Source: Kiloniellaceae bacterium (GTDB lineage: Bacteria > Pseudomonadota > Alphaproteobacteria > Kiloniellales > J153). From it: a stretch of 64,000 nucleotides of DNA. Where the stretch lies: assembly GCA_046758005.1 (NCBI GenBank), contig JBHHZJ010000004.1, forward strand, positions 2,766-66,765, in the 5' to 3' direction. Of the stretch, positions 28,372-36,866 are shown in pieces; the first letter of the stretch is position 1; every line of letters begins with the position of its first letter. The notes below the pieces were generated by a model that ran no database searches, was not told the origin of the DNA, and was given only the letters and a program-made list of their open reading frames with translations. The position numbers and the translations under genes are program-made.

Positions 28372-28473
28372 GTCTCGATGCCGGGGTCGCTCGGTCTCCG
28401 TCCCGCAGGCGCAAGACCGCGAGCGGGCGCCTTCGACCCAGCGCCCGCCCGCACGTCGTTTCCGCGGTCGCGC

Positions 28474-29397
28474 CTAGCTCTTCATATGGCTGGCGCTGAA
28501 GTACACGACCTTACGCGTTGTCTTGCGCACTTCGTCGGCCGTGAAGGAGACGCTCGGACCGCTGGTCCGCTCGGCGTTCGGTTGCTGGTCGACCCACTCG
28601 TCCGCAGTCCCAAGCGTGGTCAACGTGATCGAGGCGCCCACGGTCAGGTAATGTTCCGGGATCACGATGTTGGCCTTCAGCTTGTCCGCGATCTGGCTGC
28701 TCTCCTCGTAGCTGAGGATGTGCTGCGAGCTGTCCACCGGGATGATCGCAATGTCCACGTCGCCGAGGGCATTCCAAACGAAGTCCGACGGGTTCGGCCG
28801 GTTGTCGCCCCAGACCACGACCTTCATTCCGCCGGTTTCCACGAGGAAGATCACGTTGTCCAGGTGTCCGGGGTTGTTCGGCGGGCAGGCCTCCGCGCCG
28901 AACTCCGCCAGGGCATTGGTCCATTTGTACCAGCCCGGGGCCACGCAGGTGTGCTTGTCGGCCACGCCCGTGATCTTGACGTCGCCCAGCTGGAAAACCC
29001 CGCTCATCCGGTCCAGAACCATCGGCGACTGGGGCCGGTACACGGCGTCGTGGTCGAAGTGGGCATGGGTCGAAAGCACCATGTCCACGTTGGGCTGCGG
29101 GAACGGCTCCGGAAACCAAATCCCCCAGTAGCCCGACGGGTCGTTGCGCCAGGGGTCGAACATCATCTCGATCCCCCTTGGCGAGGTGATCTTGAACGCG
29201 GCGTGTCCGTAGAAATCGATCTTGACCTCGCCGGTGTCGGCCCGGACCCCGCCGTTTTGTTGAATCTCAAGAATGCGGTTGTTGTTGAGGATCTGCTTCC
29301 AGGCATCCGACTGGCCAAGCACCTGCGAGGTCACGCCGGCCAAGGTCATGACACCGATGAACGCGCCCAACCATTTGAGCGCCCTGCCCTTTCTCAT
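28474..29397 (-). CDS. Secreted MBL-fold (UlaG/Lactamase_B_3-like) hydrolase
   Basis: Signal peptide MRKGRALKWLGAFIGVMTLAGV. Contains YGHAAFKI and STHAHFDHD. Lies upstream of the HupE-like gene on the same strand. Confidence 0.75.
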   Translation of the reverse strand: MRKGRALKWLGAFIGVMTLAGVTSQVLGQSDAWKQILNNNRILEIQQNGGVRADTGEVKIDFYGHAAFKITSPRGIEMMFDPWRNDPSGYWGIWFPEPFPQPNVDMVLSTHAHFDHDAVYRPQSPMVLDRMSGVFQLGDVKITGVADKHTCVAPGWYKWTNALAEFGAEACPPNNPGHLDNVIFLVETGGMKVVVWGDNRPNPSDFVWNALGDVDIAIIPVDSSQHILSYEESSQIADKLKANIVIPEHYLTVGASITLTTLGTADEWVDQQPNAERTSGPSVSFTADEVRKTTRKVVYFSASHMKS

Positions 29398-29546
29398 GCT
29401 CTTTCCTCCCCGTCATCTTCTTCTTGCGCGCGCGACACCACCGTGCGCGGACAAAAGCGGCCCTCTCCCGCCGCGCGATCCTACCGCGGCAGACCGGCAA
29501 GAGTTTAGGGCCAACCGCGGGCAATCACTGGGGCCAACGGGGCCGG

Positions 29547-30416
29547 TCAGTCATTGACCAACAGGTGCATCAGGCTCGAGGTGTCCCAGCGATTGCCGCC
29601 GCGCGCCTGGATCTGGGCGTAGAACTGATCGATGAGCGCGGACACCGGCAGGCGGGCGCCGTTGTTGTTCGCCTCCGCCAGGCAGATGCCGAGATCCTTG
29701 CGCATCCAGTCGACCGCGAAGCCGAAGTCGAACTTGCCTTGGCACATGGTCGAGGCCCGGTTGTCCATCTGCCAGGACTGGGCCGCACCCTTGGAGATCA
29801 CATCGATGACCTTGCCCATGTCCAGGCCGGCCTTCATGCCGAAGTTCATGCCCTCGGCCAGCCCCTGCACGAGCCCGGCGACGCAGATCTGGTTGACCAT
29901 CTTGGTAAGCTGCCCGGCGCCGGCCGGGCCCATAAGCGTGCACGCCCGCGCGTAGCCGTCGATCACCGGCTTGGCCCGGTCGAAGGGGGCCTGCTCGCCC
30001 CCGCACATGACGGTAAGCGCGCCGTTCTCCGCCCCGGCCTGGCCGCCGGAGACCGGCGCGTCGATCACGTCGACGCCCTTGTCCTTGCCGGTCGCGAACA
30101 ACTCACGCGCCAAGTCCGCCGAGGCCGTGGTGTGATCGACCAGGATCTTGCCTCGGCCCAACCCGGCCAAGGCGCCATCGGCGCCCAGGACCACGGCGCG
30201 CACGTCGTTGTCGTTGCCGACCATGGTGAAGGCGATCTCCGCGCCCCCGACGGCCTCGCGCGGCGTCTTGGCCATCGCGCCGCCGTATTCGGCGACCCAC
30301 TTCTCCGCTTTCGCGGTCGTCCGGTTGTAGACGGTCACGTCGTGTCCGTCCTTTCTCAGGTGGCCCGCCATGGGATACCCCATGACGCCGAGGCCGATGA
30401 AGGCGACTTTGGTCAT
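29547..30416 (-). CDS. NAD(P)-dependent beta-hydroxyacid dehydrogenase (3-hydroxyisobutyrate dehydrogenase family)
   Basis: MTKVAFIGLGVMGYPMAGHL Rossmann start, DAPVSGG, and a catalytic Lys region (GAGQLTKMVNQ). The track ORF was shortened to the ATG at 30416. Confidence 0.9.
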   Translation of the reverse strand: MTKVAFIGLGVMGYPMAGHLRKDGHDVTVYNRTTAKAEKWVAEYGGAMAKTPREAVGGAEIAFTMVGNDNDVRAVVLGADGALAGLGRGKILVDHTTASADLARELFATGKDKGVDVIDAPVSGGQAGAENGALTVMCGGEQAPFDRAKPVIDGYARACTLMGPAGAGQLTKMVNQICVAGLVQGLAEGMNFGMKAGLDMGKVIDVISKGAAQSWQMDNRASTMCQGKFDFGFAVDWMRKDLGICLAEANNNGARLPVSALIDQFYAQIQARGGNRWDTSSLMHLLVND

Positions 30417-30739
30417 GGCTTGGATACCTGCCCGTTCTGATTGGTTGGAACCGCCGAGCGGCCCCTGTCGGCCGCTGGCGGAAGGTAACGCGCCATCGTC
30501 GATGCCGGACGGATGCCGTGGCGGCGCGGTCGCGCCGGAGGATTGCGTATCCGTGCGCCGCCCGTCAACCCGGTCGCCGCGCCGATCCCCTGGCCCTAAA
30601 GGCGGTCGTGAACTGGCTCTGTTCAGGCCCGCGGCGCGCGGTAATATCCACGTCGAGGTTCGCCCGGCGCGCCTTGGCACGCCGTGCGCGTGAACATGGC
30701 GTTTGGTCTTCACGAGATCGGTTCGAAGGGAGAGCGGAC

Positions 30740-32458
30740 ATGACCCGCATGACGCCCAGCGAGGCCTTCGTCGAAACCCTGGTCAATCACGGCGTGACCG
30801 ACGTGTTCGGAATCGTCGGCTCCGCCTACATGGACGCGCTCGACATCTTCGAGCCGGCGGGCATCCGATTCATCTCGGTCGCACACGAGCAGGGCGCCGG
30901 GCACATGGCCGACGGCTACTCGCGCGTGAGCAACCGTCACGGCGTGTGCATCGCCCAGAACGGGCCCGGTATCACCAACTTCGTCACCGCCATCGCCGCG
31001 GCCTATTGGGCGCACTCGCCGGTCGTGTGCATCACGCCCGAGACCGGCAGCGGCACGCAGGGCCTGGGCGGCTTCCAGGAGACCGAGCAGCTCCCCTTCT
31101 TCGAGAAGATCACCAAGTACCAGGCGCACGTGTACAGGCCCGACCGGATCGCCGAGTTTACCGGGCGCTGCTTCGACCTGGCCATGACCGAGCGCGGCCC
31201 GACCCAGCTCAACATCCCGCGCGACTACTTCTACGGCGACATCGACGTGGAGATCCCACGGCCCATCGCGGTCGAGCGCTCGGCCGGCGGCCGACGCAGC
31301 CTGGAGCGGGCGGCCAAGGCGCTCGCCGGGGCCCAGTTCCCAGTCATCGTCGCAGGCGGCGGCGTCGTCATGTCCGACGGCCAAGAGGAGGTGAAGGCGC
31401 TGGCCGAATACCTCTACGCGCCGGTCGTCGCCAGCTACCTGCACAACGATGCCTTTCCGGCCGGCCACGAGCTGATGTGCGGTCCGCTCGGCTACCAGGG
31501 CTCCAAGGCCGCGATGAAGGTCATCGCGCAGGCCGACGTCGTGCTCGCGCTCGGCACGCGCCTGGGCCCGTTCGGCACGCTGCCCCAGCACGGGATCGAC
31601 TACTGGCCGAAGAATGCCAAGGTCATTCAGGTCGAGACGGATCACCGTATGATCGGCCTGGTCAAGCCGATCAGCGTCGGCGTCTGCGGCGACGCCAAGC
31701 TGGCCGCCGAGGCGATCCTCAACCTCCTGCAGACCAGCAACGAGCAGATCGCCTGCCATGGCAACAAGGAACGGCGCTTGGCCGAAATCCGCGGCCAGAA
31801 GGCCGAGTGGGAGGCCGAGCTCGACACCTGGGGTCAGGGCGACGGCAGCCCGATCGCCCCGCGCCGCTGTTTGCGCGAGCTGGAGAAGGCCATGCCGGCC
31901 AACGCCATGGTCACCACCGACATCGGCAACATCTGCTCGGTTTCCAACAGCTACCTGCGGTTCGAGAAGCCGCGCAGCTTCTTCGCCGCGATGAGCTTCG
32001 GCAACTGCGGCTACGCCTTTCCGACCGCGATCGGCGCCAAGGTCGCCCAGCCCGACCGGCCGGCCGTGGCCTACGTCGGCGACGGGGCCTGGGGCATGAG
32101 CCTGGGCGAGACGCTGACCTGCGTGCGCGAGAACATCCCCGTGACCGCCGTGGTGTTCAACAACGGCCAATGGGGTGCGGAGAAGAAGAACCAGGTGGAT
32201 TTCTACGCCGACCGTTACGTCGGCACCAACCTGAAGAACCCGAGCTTTGCGGCGGTCGCCCAGGCCATGGGTGCGGAAGGAATCACGGTCGGGCATCCGG
32301 ATCAGGTCGGCGACGCGCTCAGACAAGCGACCTTCTCGGACAAGACGACGATCGTCGAGATCATGGTCACCCAGGAGCTGGGCGACCCGTTTCGGCGCGA
32401 TGCGCTCAAGAAGCCGGTGCGCCTGCTCGACAAGTACAAAGAGTACACGGTCGCCTGA
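30740..32458 (+). CDS. xsc: Sulfoacetaldehyde acetyltransferase (ThDP-dependent)
   Basis: ThDP enzyme whose N-terminus and ThDP motif (YVGDGAWGMS...VVFNNGQWGAEKKNQVDFY) match my recollection of Xsc. Followed by tauE, ackA and pta. Start at MTRMTPSEAF (30740). Confidence 0.85.
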   Translation: MTRMTPSEAFVETLVNHGVTDVFGIVGSAYMDALDIFEPAGIRFISVAHEQGAGHMADGYSRVSNRHGVCIAQNGPGITNFVTAIAAAYWAHSPVVCITPETGSGTQGLGGFQETEQLPFFEKITKYQAHVYRPDRIAEFTGRCFDLAMTERGPTQLNIPRDYFYGDIDVEIPRPIAVERSAGGRRSLERAAKALAGAQFPVIVAGGGVVMSDGQEEVKALAEYLYAPVVASYLHNDAFPAGHELMCGPLGYQGSKAAMKVIAQADVVLALGTRLGPFGTLPQHGIDYWPKNAKVIQVETDHRMIGLVKPISVGVCGDAKLAAEAILNLLQTSNEQIACHGNKERRLAEIRGQKAEWEAELDTWGQGDGSPIAPRRCLRELEKAMPANAMVTTDIGNICSVSNSYLRFEKPRSFFAAMSFGNCGYAFPTAIGAKVAQPDRPAVAYVGDGAWGMSLGETLTCVRENIPVTAVVFNNGQWGAEKKNQVDFYADRYVGTNLKNPSFAAVAQAMGAEGITVGHPDQVGDALRQATFSDKTTIVEIMVTQELGDPFRRDALKKPVRLLDKYKEYTVA

Positions 32459-32515
32459 CCGCTCCCGCGCCGCGCCGCGGCCGCGTGGGCCGACGGCGCC
32501 CGCCTCGGCGATGGC

Positions 32516-33316
32516 GTGTCGCGGCGGCGCCCGCCGAGGGTGCGCGCCTTCTTGTCGACCGCGGACGGGAGGCCGGGAGAGGTGGACCTCGCCGCGCTCG
32601 CTTTCGCATTGGCCGCCGTTACGCTCGGCGCGGTCGTGCGCGGCTACAGCGGCTTCGGCTCTTCGCTCATCTGGATGAGCAGCCTGTCGCTGGTGTTCGC
32701 TCCCGTCCTGGTCGTGCCCGCGGTCTACATTCTCGAGGTTCTGGCGAGTGGCCGGCTCTTGCCGGCGGTCTGGAGGGAGGCCGACTGGCGCTCGATCAAA
32801 TGGCTTTTGCTCGGCACGCTTCTCGGCACGCCGCCCGGCCTTTATCTGCTCTCGACGCTTCCTGCCGCACCCGTGCGGGTGGCCATTTCGCTCGTCGTGT
32901 TCGGCGCGACGCTGCTGATCTGGCGCGGCTTCGCCTTGAAATCGGTGCCCGGGCCCGCGCCGACCGTTCTGACCGGTCTTGCGTGCGGGCTGCTCAATGG
33001 TTGGACCGGGATCGGCGGTCCGCCCGCGATCCTGTTTTATTTCTCCTCGCCCGCCGCCGTGGCGGTGTCGCGCGCCTCGCTGATCGCGTTTTTTCTGGCT
33101 ATCGATGCCTTCGGCTTTGTCATGGCGACGACCCAGGGCCTCGTGACCGGACAGGTGCTGCTGCTCGCGGCCATCCTATCCGTGCCCGTCCTGCTCGGCA
33201 TCACCGTGGGCAACCGCCGGTTCATCCGCACCGAGCCGGAATCGTTCCGCCGCTTCGTGCTGATCCTGCTCACGTTGCTCTCGCTCGCGGTGTTCGTGCG
33301 CGCGGTGATCGGGTGA
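32516..33316 (+). CDS. TauE/SafE (TSUP) family sulfite/anion exporter
   Basis: Polytopic protein with GYSGFGSS and GIGGPP motifs. Immediately downstream of xsc. The true start may be an internal GTG. Confidence 0.8.
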   Translation: MSRRRPPRVRAFLSTADGRPGEVDLAALAFALAAVTLGAVVRGYSGFGSSLIWMSSLSLVFAPVLVVPAVYILEVLASGRLLPAVWREADWRSIKWLLLGTLLGTPPGLYLLSTLPAAPVRVAISLVVFGATLLIWRGFALKSVPGPAPTVLTGLACGLLNGWTGIGGPPAILFYFSSPAAVAVSRASLIAFFLAIDAFGFVMATTQGLVTGQVLLLAAILSVPVLLGITVGNRRFIRTEPESFRRFVLILLTLLSLAVFVRAVIG

Positions 33317-33335
33317 GGCAGACCGGGATCTGACC

Positions 33336-34541
33336 ATGCGTGAGGCCATCGCCGTCTTGAACGCGGGTTCGTCGAGCCTGAAGTTCGCCTTGTTCCTGCT
33401 TCGCCCCGGCCGGGACCGGGCGCGGCGGGACCCCGTGTTGCTCCTGCGCGGCCAGATCGAGGGCATCGGGCGCGCGCCGCGCTTGCTGCTGCACGGCCGC
33501 AGCGGGCTCGCCTTTGTCGCGCCGCCCGCGCGAGCGGTCGCCGGCAGGGCGGCGGATCACGCCGGCGCGCTCGACCTTCTGTTGGATTGGTTCGAGGAGG
33601 ACAGGGCCGGGCTCAGGATCGTGGCCGCGGGTCACCGGGTCGTGCACGGCGGGGACGCCTACAACGCGCCGCAGCGGGTCGGGCCCGAGCTGATCGCCGC
33701 GCTCGCGGCGCTCGGACCTCTGGCGCCCCAGCACCAGCCGCACAACGTCGCCGCGATCGCGGCGCTTGCCGGGCGCCGGCCCGACCTGCCCCAGGTCGCC
33801 TGCTTCGATACCGCGTTCCACGCCACGCAGCCGCCGGTGGCCAGCACCCTGCCCCTGCCGCGCGGGCTGCGCGCGCGGGGCTTGCGCCGCTACGGCTTCC
33901 ACGGCCTTTCCTACGAATACGTGCTGAGCGCGTTGCCGGGTCATTACGCCGGCCAAGCCGTCCCGCGCCGCGTCGTGGTCGCTCATCTCGGCAACGGCGC
34001 CAGCATGTGTGCGGTCGAGGGCGGGCGCAGCGTGGCCACGACCATGGGTTTTTCGGCCCTCGACGGGCTCATGATGGGGACCCGCTGCGGGTCGCTCGAT
34101 CCCGGCGTGATCCTTCACCTCATGCGCGAGGAGGGCATGGACCTCGCGGCGCTCACGGCTCTCCTTTACGACAGGTCCGGACTTCTCGGCGTCTCGGGCA
34201 TCAGCGCCGACATGCGCCGCCTCCTGGACAGCGACCGGCCGGAGGCGGCGGAGGCGGTCGAGCTGTTCTGCTACCGCATTGCGCGCGAGCTGGGTTCCCT
34301 CGCGGCCGCGCTCGGCGGCCTCGACGCCCTCGTCTTCACGGGCGGCATCGGCGAGCACGCCGGCCCGGTCCGGGCCGCGGTCTGCCGGGGTGCGCGCTGG
34401 CTGGGCGTCGAGCTGGACGAGAACGCCAACGCGCTCGGCGGCCCGTGCCTCACCCGGCCGTCGAGCCCGGTCAAGGCCTGGGTCATTCCGACGAACGAAG
34501 AGCTCGTCATTGCCCGGCATACACGGACGCTGGTGGCGTGA
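33336..34541 (+). CDS. ackA: Acetate kinase
   Basis: IAVLNAGSSSLKFALF N-terminus, GHRVVHGG, and VAHLGNGAS motifs. Confidence 0.9.
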   Translation: MREAIAVLNAGSSSLKFALFLLRPGRDRARRDPVLLLRGQIEGIGRAPRLLLHGRSGLAFVAPPARAVAGRAADHAGALDLLLDWFEEDRAGLRIVAAGHRVVHGGDAYNAPQRVGPELIAALAALGPLAPQHQPHNVAAIAALAGRRPDLPQVACFDTAFHATQPPVASTLPLPRGLRARGLRRYGFHGLSYEYVLSALPGHYAGQAVPRRVVVAHLGNGASMCAVEGGRSVATTMGFSALDGLMMGTRCGSLDPGVILHLMREEGMDLAALTALLYDRSGLLGVSGISADMRRLLDSDRPEAAEAVELFCYRIARELGSLAAALGGLDALVFTGGIGEHAGPVRAAVCRGARWLGVELDENANALGGPCLTRPSSPVKAWVIPTNEELVIARHTRTLVA

Positions 34542-34556
34542 CCGGGACGTGCGGGC

Positions 34557-35543
34557 TCACGCCAGGGCCAGGGCGATGGCGGCGGCGGCGACGATGTCGT
34601 CGACCGTGGCGCCGCGCGACAGGTCGCTGACCGGCTTCGCGAAGCCCTGCAGGACCGGGCCGATCGCCTGCGCGCCCGCCATGTACTGGGTCAGCTTGTA
34701 GCCCATGTTGCCGGCGTCCAGATCGGGAAAGATCAGCACGTTGGCGCGCCCGGCCACCGGGCTGTCGCCCTTGACCTTCTTGGCCGCGACGCTCTCGACG
34801 AGGGCGCTGTCTGCCTGGAGCTCGCCGTCGATGGCCAAGTCCGGCGCCCGCGCCTTGGCGATGTCCAGCGCCCGGGTCACCTTGTCCACGTGGGCGTGGC
34901 GGGCGCTGCCCTTGGTCGAGAACGACAGCAGCGCGACGCGCGGCTCTTCGTGCAGCAGCCTCGCCGCGCTGGCCGCCGAGGCGAGCGCGATGTCGGCCAG
35001 CTCCTCCGGCCCGGGGTCGATGTTGAGCGCGCAGTCGGCGAAGACGAAGGCCTTGTCGCCCCGGCCCTGGAAGTCGGGAACGACCATCAGGAAGAAGCTG
35101 GACGGCGTGTGGATGCCCTGCGCGAGCCCGATCGCCAGCAGGCCCGCTTCGATCACGCGCCTGGTCGGGTTGGCGGCGCCGCCGATCATGGCGTCGGCGT
35201 GGCCGGCCTTGACCATCATCGCGCCGTAATAGAGCGGCTTGCGCGCGAGCCGCCGGGCCACCTTGACGTCCAGGTTGTCCCGGCCGGCCGCGTAGGCCTC
35301 GGCATAGGCCTCGAGCCGTTCGCCCTCGCGCGGGTCGATGGCGGCGATGCCGTCGAGCGCGACGCCCGCCCGCTCGGCCGCCGCCGCGAGCTCCTCGGGC
35401 GCGCCCAGCACGACCGCCCGCGCCATCCCTTCGTCGCGCAGGCGCCGCGCGGCCAGGACGACACGCTCGTCCTGGCCCTCGGGCAGCACCACGGTCAGGT
35501 TCCGGCCTTTCACCGATCGGGTCAGGTCTTCGATGATGTCCAT
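34557..35543 (-). CDS. pta: Phosphate acetyltransferase (short, PTA_PTB-only form)
   Basis: [12 protein letters not shown]..., SFSTKGSA, and [13 protein letters not shown] motifs. Start at MDIIEDL (35543). Confidence 0.9.
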   Translation of the reverse strand: MDIIEDLTRSVKGRNLTVVLPEGQDERVVLAARRLRDEGMARAVVLGAPEELAAAAERAGVALDGIAAIDPREGERLEAYAEAYAAGRDNLDVKVARRLARKPLYYGAMMVKAGHADAMIGGAANPTRRVIEAGLLAIGLAQGIHTPSSFFLMVVPDFQGRGDKAFVFADCALNIDPGPEELADIALASAASAARLLHEEPRVALLSFSTKGSARHAHVDKVTRALDIAKARAPDLAIDGELQADSALVESVAAKKVKGDSPVAGRANVLIFPDLDAGNMGYKLTQYMAGAQAIGPVLQGFAKPVSDLSRGATVDDIVAAAAIALALA

Positions 35544-35703
35544 GCGCACCCGTGGCGCCATTGCGCGCGTGCGCCGCGCCGCCGCGAGCGTAGTTTGCGA
35601 TCGCAAGCTTGTAAACGCGCCGCCGCCTTGCCTTTCGCGACACGGTTTGGGACCATCGCGTCGCGTTCCGGGCTTCCGGAAACCCAGGGCCATAGGGGAA
35701 ACG

Positions 35704-36846
35704 ATGAGCGACGGCGGCGATACGGCGGAAATCCACCGCGGGCTGAAGGGCGTGTACCTCGACCGCTCGACCGCGACCTTCATCGACGGGCGCGCCGGCG
35801 AGCTGCGCTACCGCGGGTACTCGATCCACGACCTGGCGCGGCATTCGACCTTCGAGGAGACCGCCTACCTGCTGCTCCGGGGCGAGTTGCCGACGCGCGC
35901 GCAACTCGACGCGTTCGACTTGGAGCTGAAGGCCGGCCGCACCCTCCCCGCCCCCGTCTACGACATCATCCGCACGCTCAAGGACGCGCACCCCATGGAC
36001 GTGCTGCGCACCGCGGTTTCGGCGTTGGCGGCCTTCGAGCCGGACGTCGCCGACACCTCGCCCGAGGCCACGCTGCGCAAGGGCATCCGCCTGACCTCGC
36101 AGGTGCCGATGATGGTCGCCGCGCACGCCCGCATCCGCGACGGGCGCGGCCCGGTGCCGCCGGACCCGCGCCTGCCGCACGCGGCCAACTTCCTGTACAT
36201 GCTCACGGGCGAGGCGCCGGGCGCGGAGGCCGCCAGGCTCATGGACACCGACCTCGTGCTTCACGCCGAGCACGGCTCGAACGCCTCCTCGTTCACGGCG
36301 CGGGTCGTGATCAGCACGGAGGCCAACCTGCACGCGGCGATCACCGCCGCGGTCGCCGCCCTCTCCGGCCCGGCGCACGGCGGGGCGGCCGAGAACGTCA
36401 TGCACATGGCCAAGGAGATCGGCGACCCGGCCAGGGCCGCCGACTACGTCAACGCCAAGCGCAAGAACCGCGAGCCGATCATGGGCTTCGGCCACCGGGT
36501 CTACCGCGCCGAGGACCCGCGCGCGCGCCACATCCGCGCCGGCGTCGAGCGCCTGTCGCGCGCGCTGGGCCAGCCCCAGTGGGTCGAGATCCTCCAGGCC
36601 GTGGTCGAGGCGATGGGCCGCTACGCCCGCCACGGCGTCAACGTCAACGTCGACTTCTACTCGGGCGTGGCCTACTTCCTGCTCGGGATTCCCGGGGACC
36701 TGTTCGTGCCGATCTTCGCCGTCGGGCGCGTGCCCGGCTGGACCCTCCAGGCGCTCGAGCAGCTCGAGCACAACATCCTGATCCGCCCGCTGCTCCGCTA
36801 CGAGGGGCCCGCCCCGCGCCCCTACGTGCCGATCGAGCAGCGGTAA
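35704..36846 (+). CDS. Citrate synthase / 2-methylcitrate synthase family (short type)
   Basis: [21 protein letters not shown], and [14 protein letters not shown] catalytic His/Arg blocks. Confidence 0.9.
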   Translation: MSDGGDTAEIHRGLKGVYLDRSTATFIDGRAGELRYRGYSIHDLARHSTFEETAYLLLRGELPTRAQLDAFDLELKAGRTLPAPVYDIIRTLKDAHPMDVLRTAVSALAAFEPDVADTSPEATLRKGIRLTSQVPMMVAAHARIRDGRGPVPPDPRLPHAANFLYMLTGEAPGAEAARLMDTDLVLHAEHGSNASSFTARVVISTEANLHAAITAAVAALSGPAHGGAAENVMHMAKEIGDPARAADYVNAKRKNREPIMGFGHRVYRAEDPRARHIRAGVERLSRALGQPQWVEILQAVVEAMGRYARHGVNVNVDFYSGVAYFLLGIPGDLFVPIFAVGRVPGWTLQALEQLEHNILIRPLLRYEGPAPRPYVPIEQR

Positions 36847-36866
36847 GGTACGGTAGCCGCGGCCGG

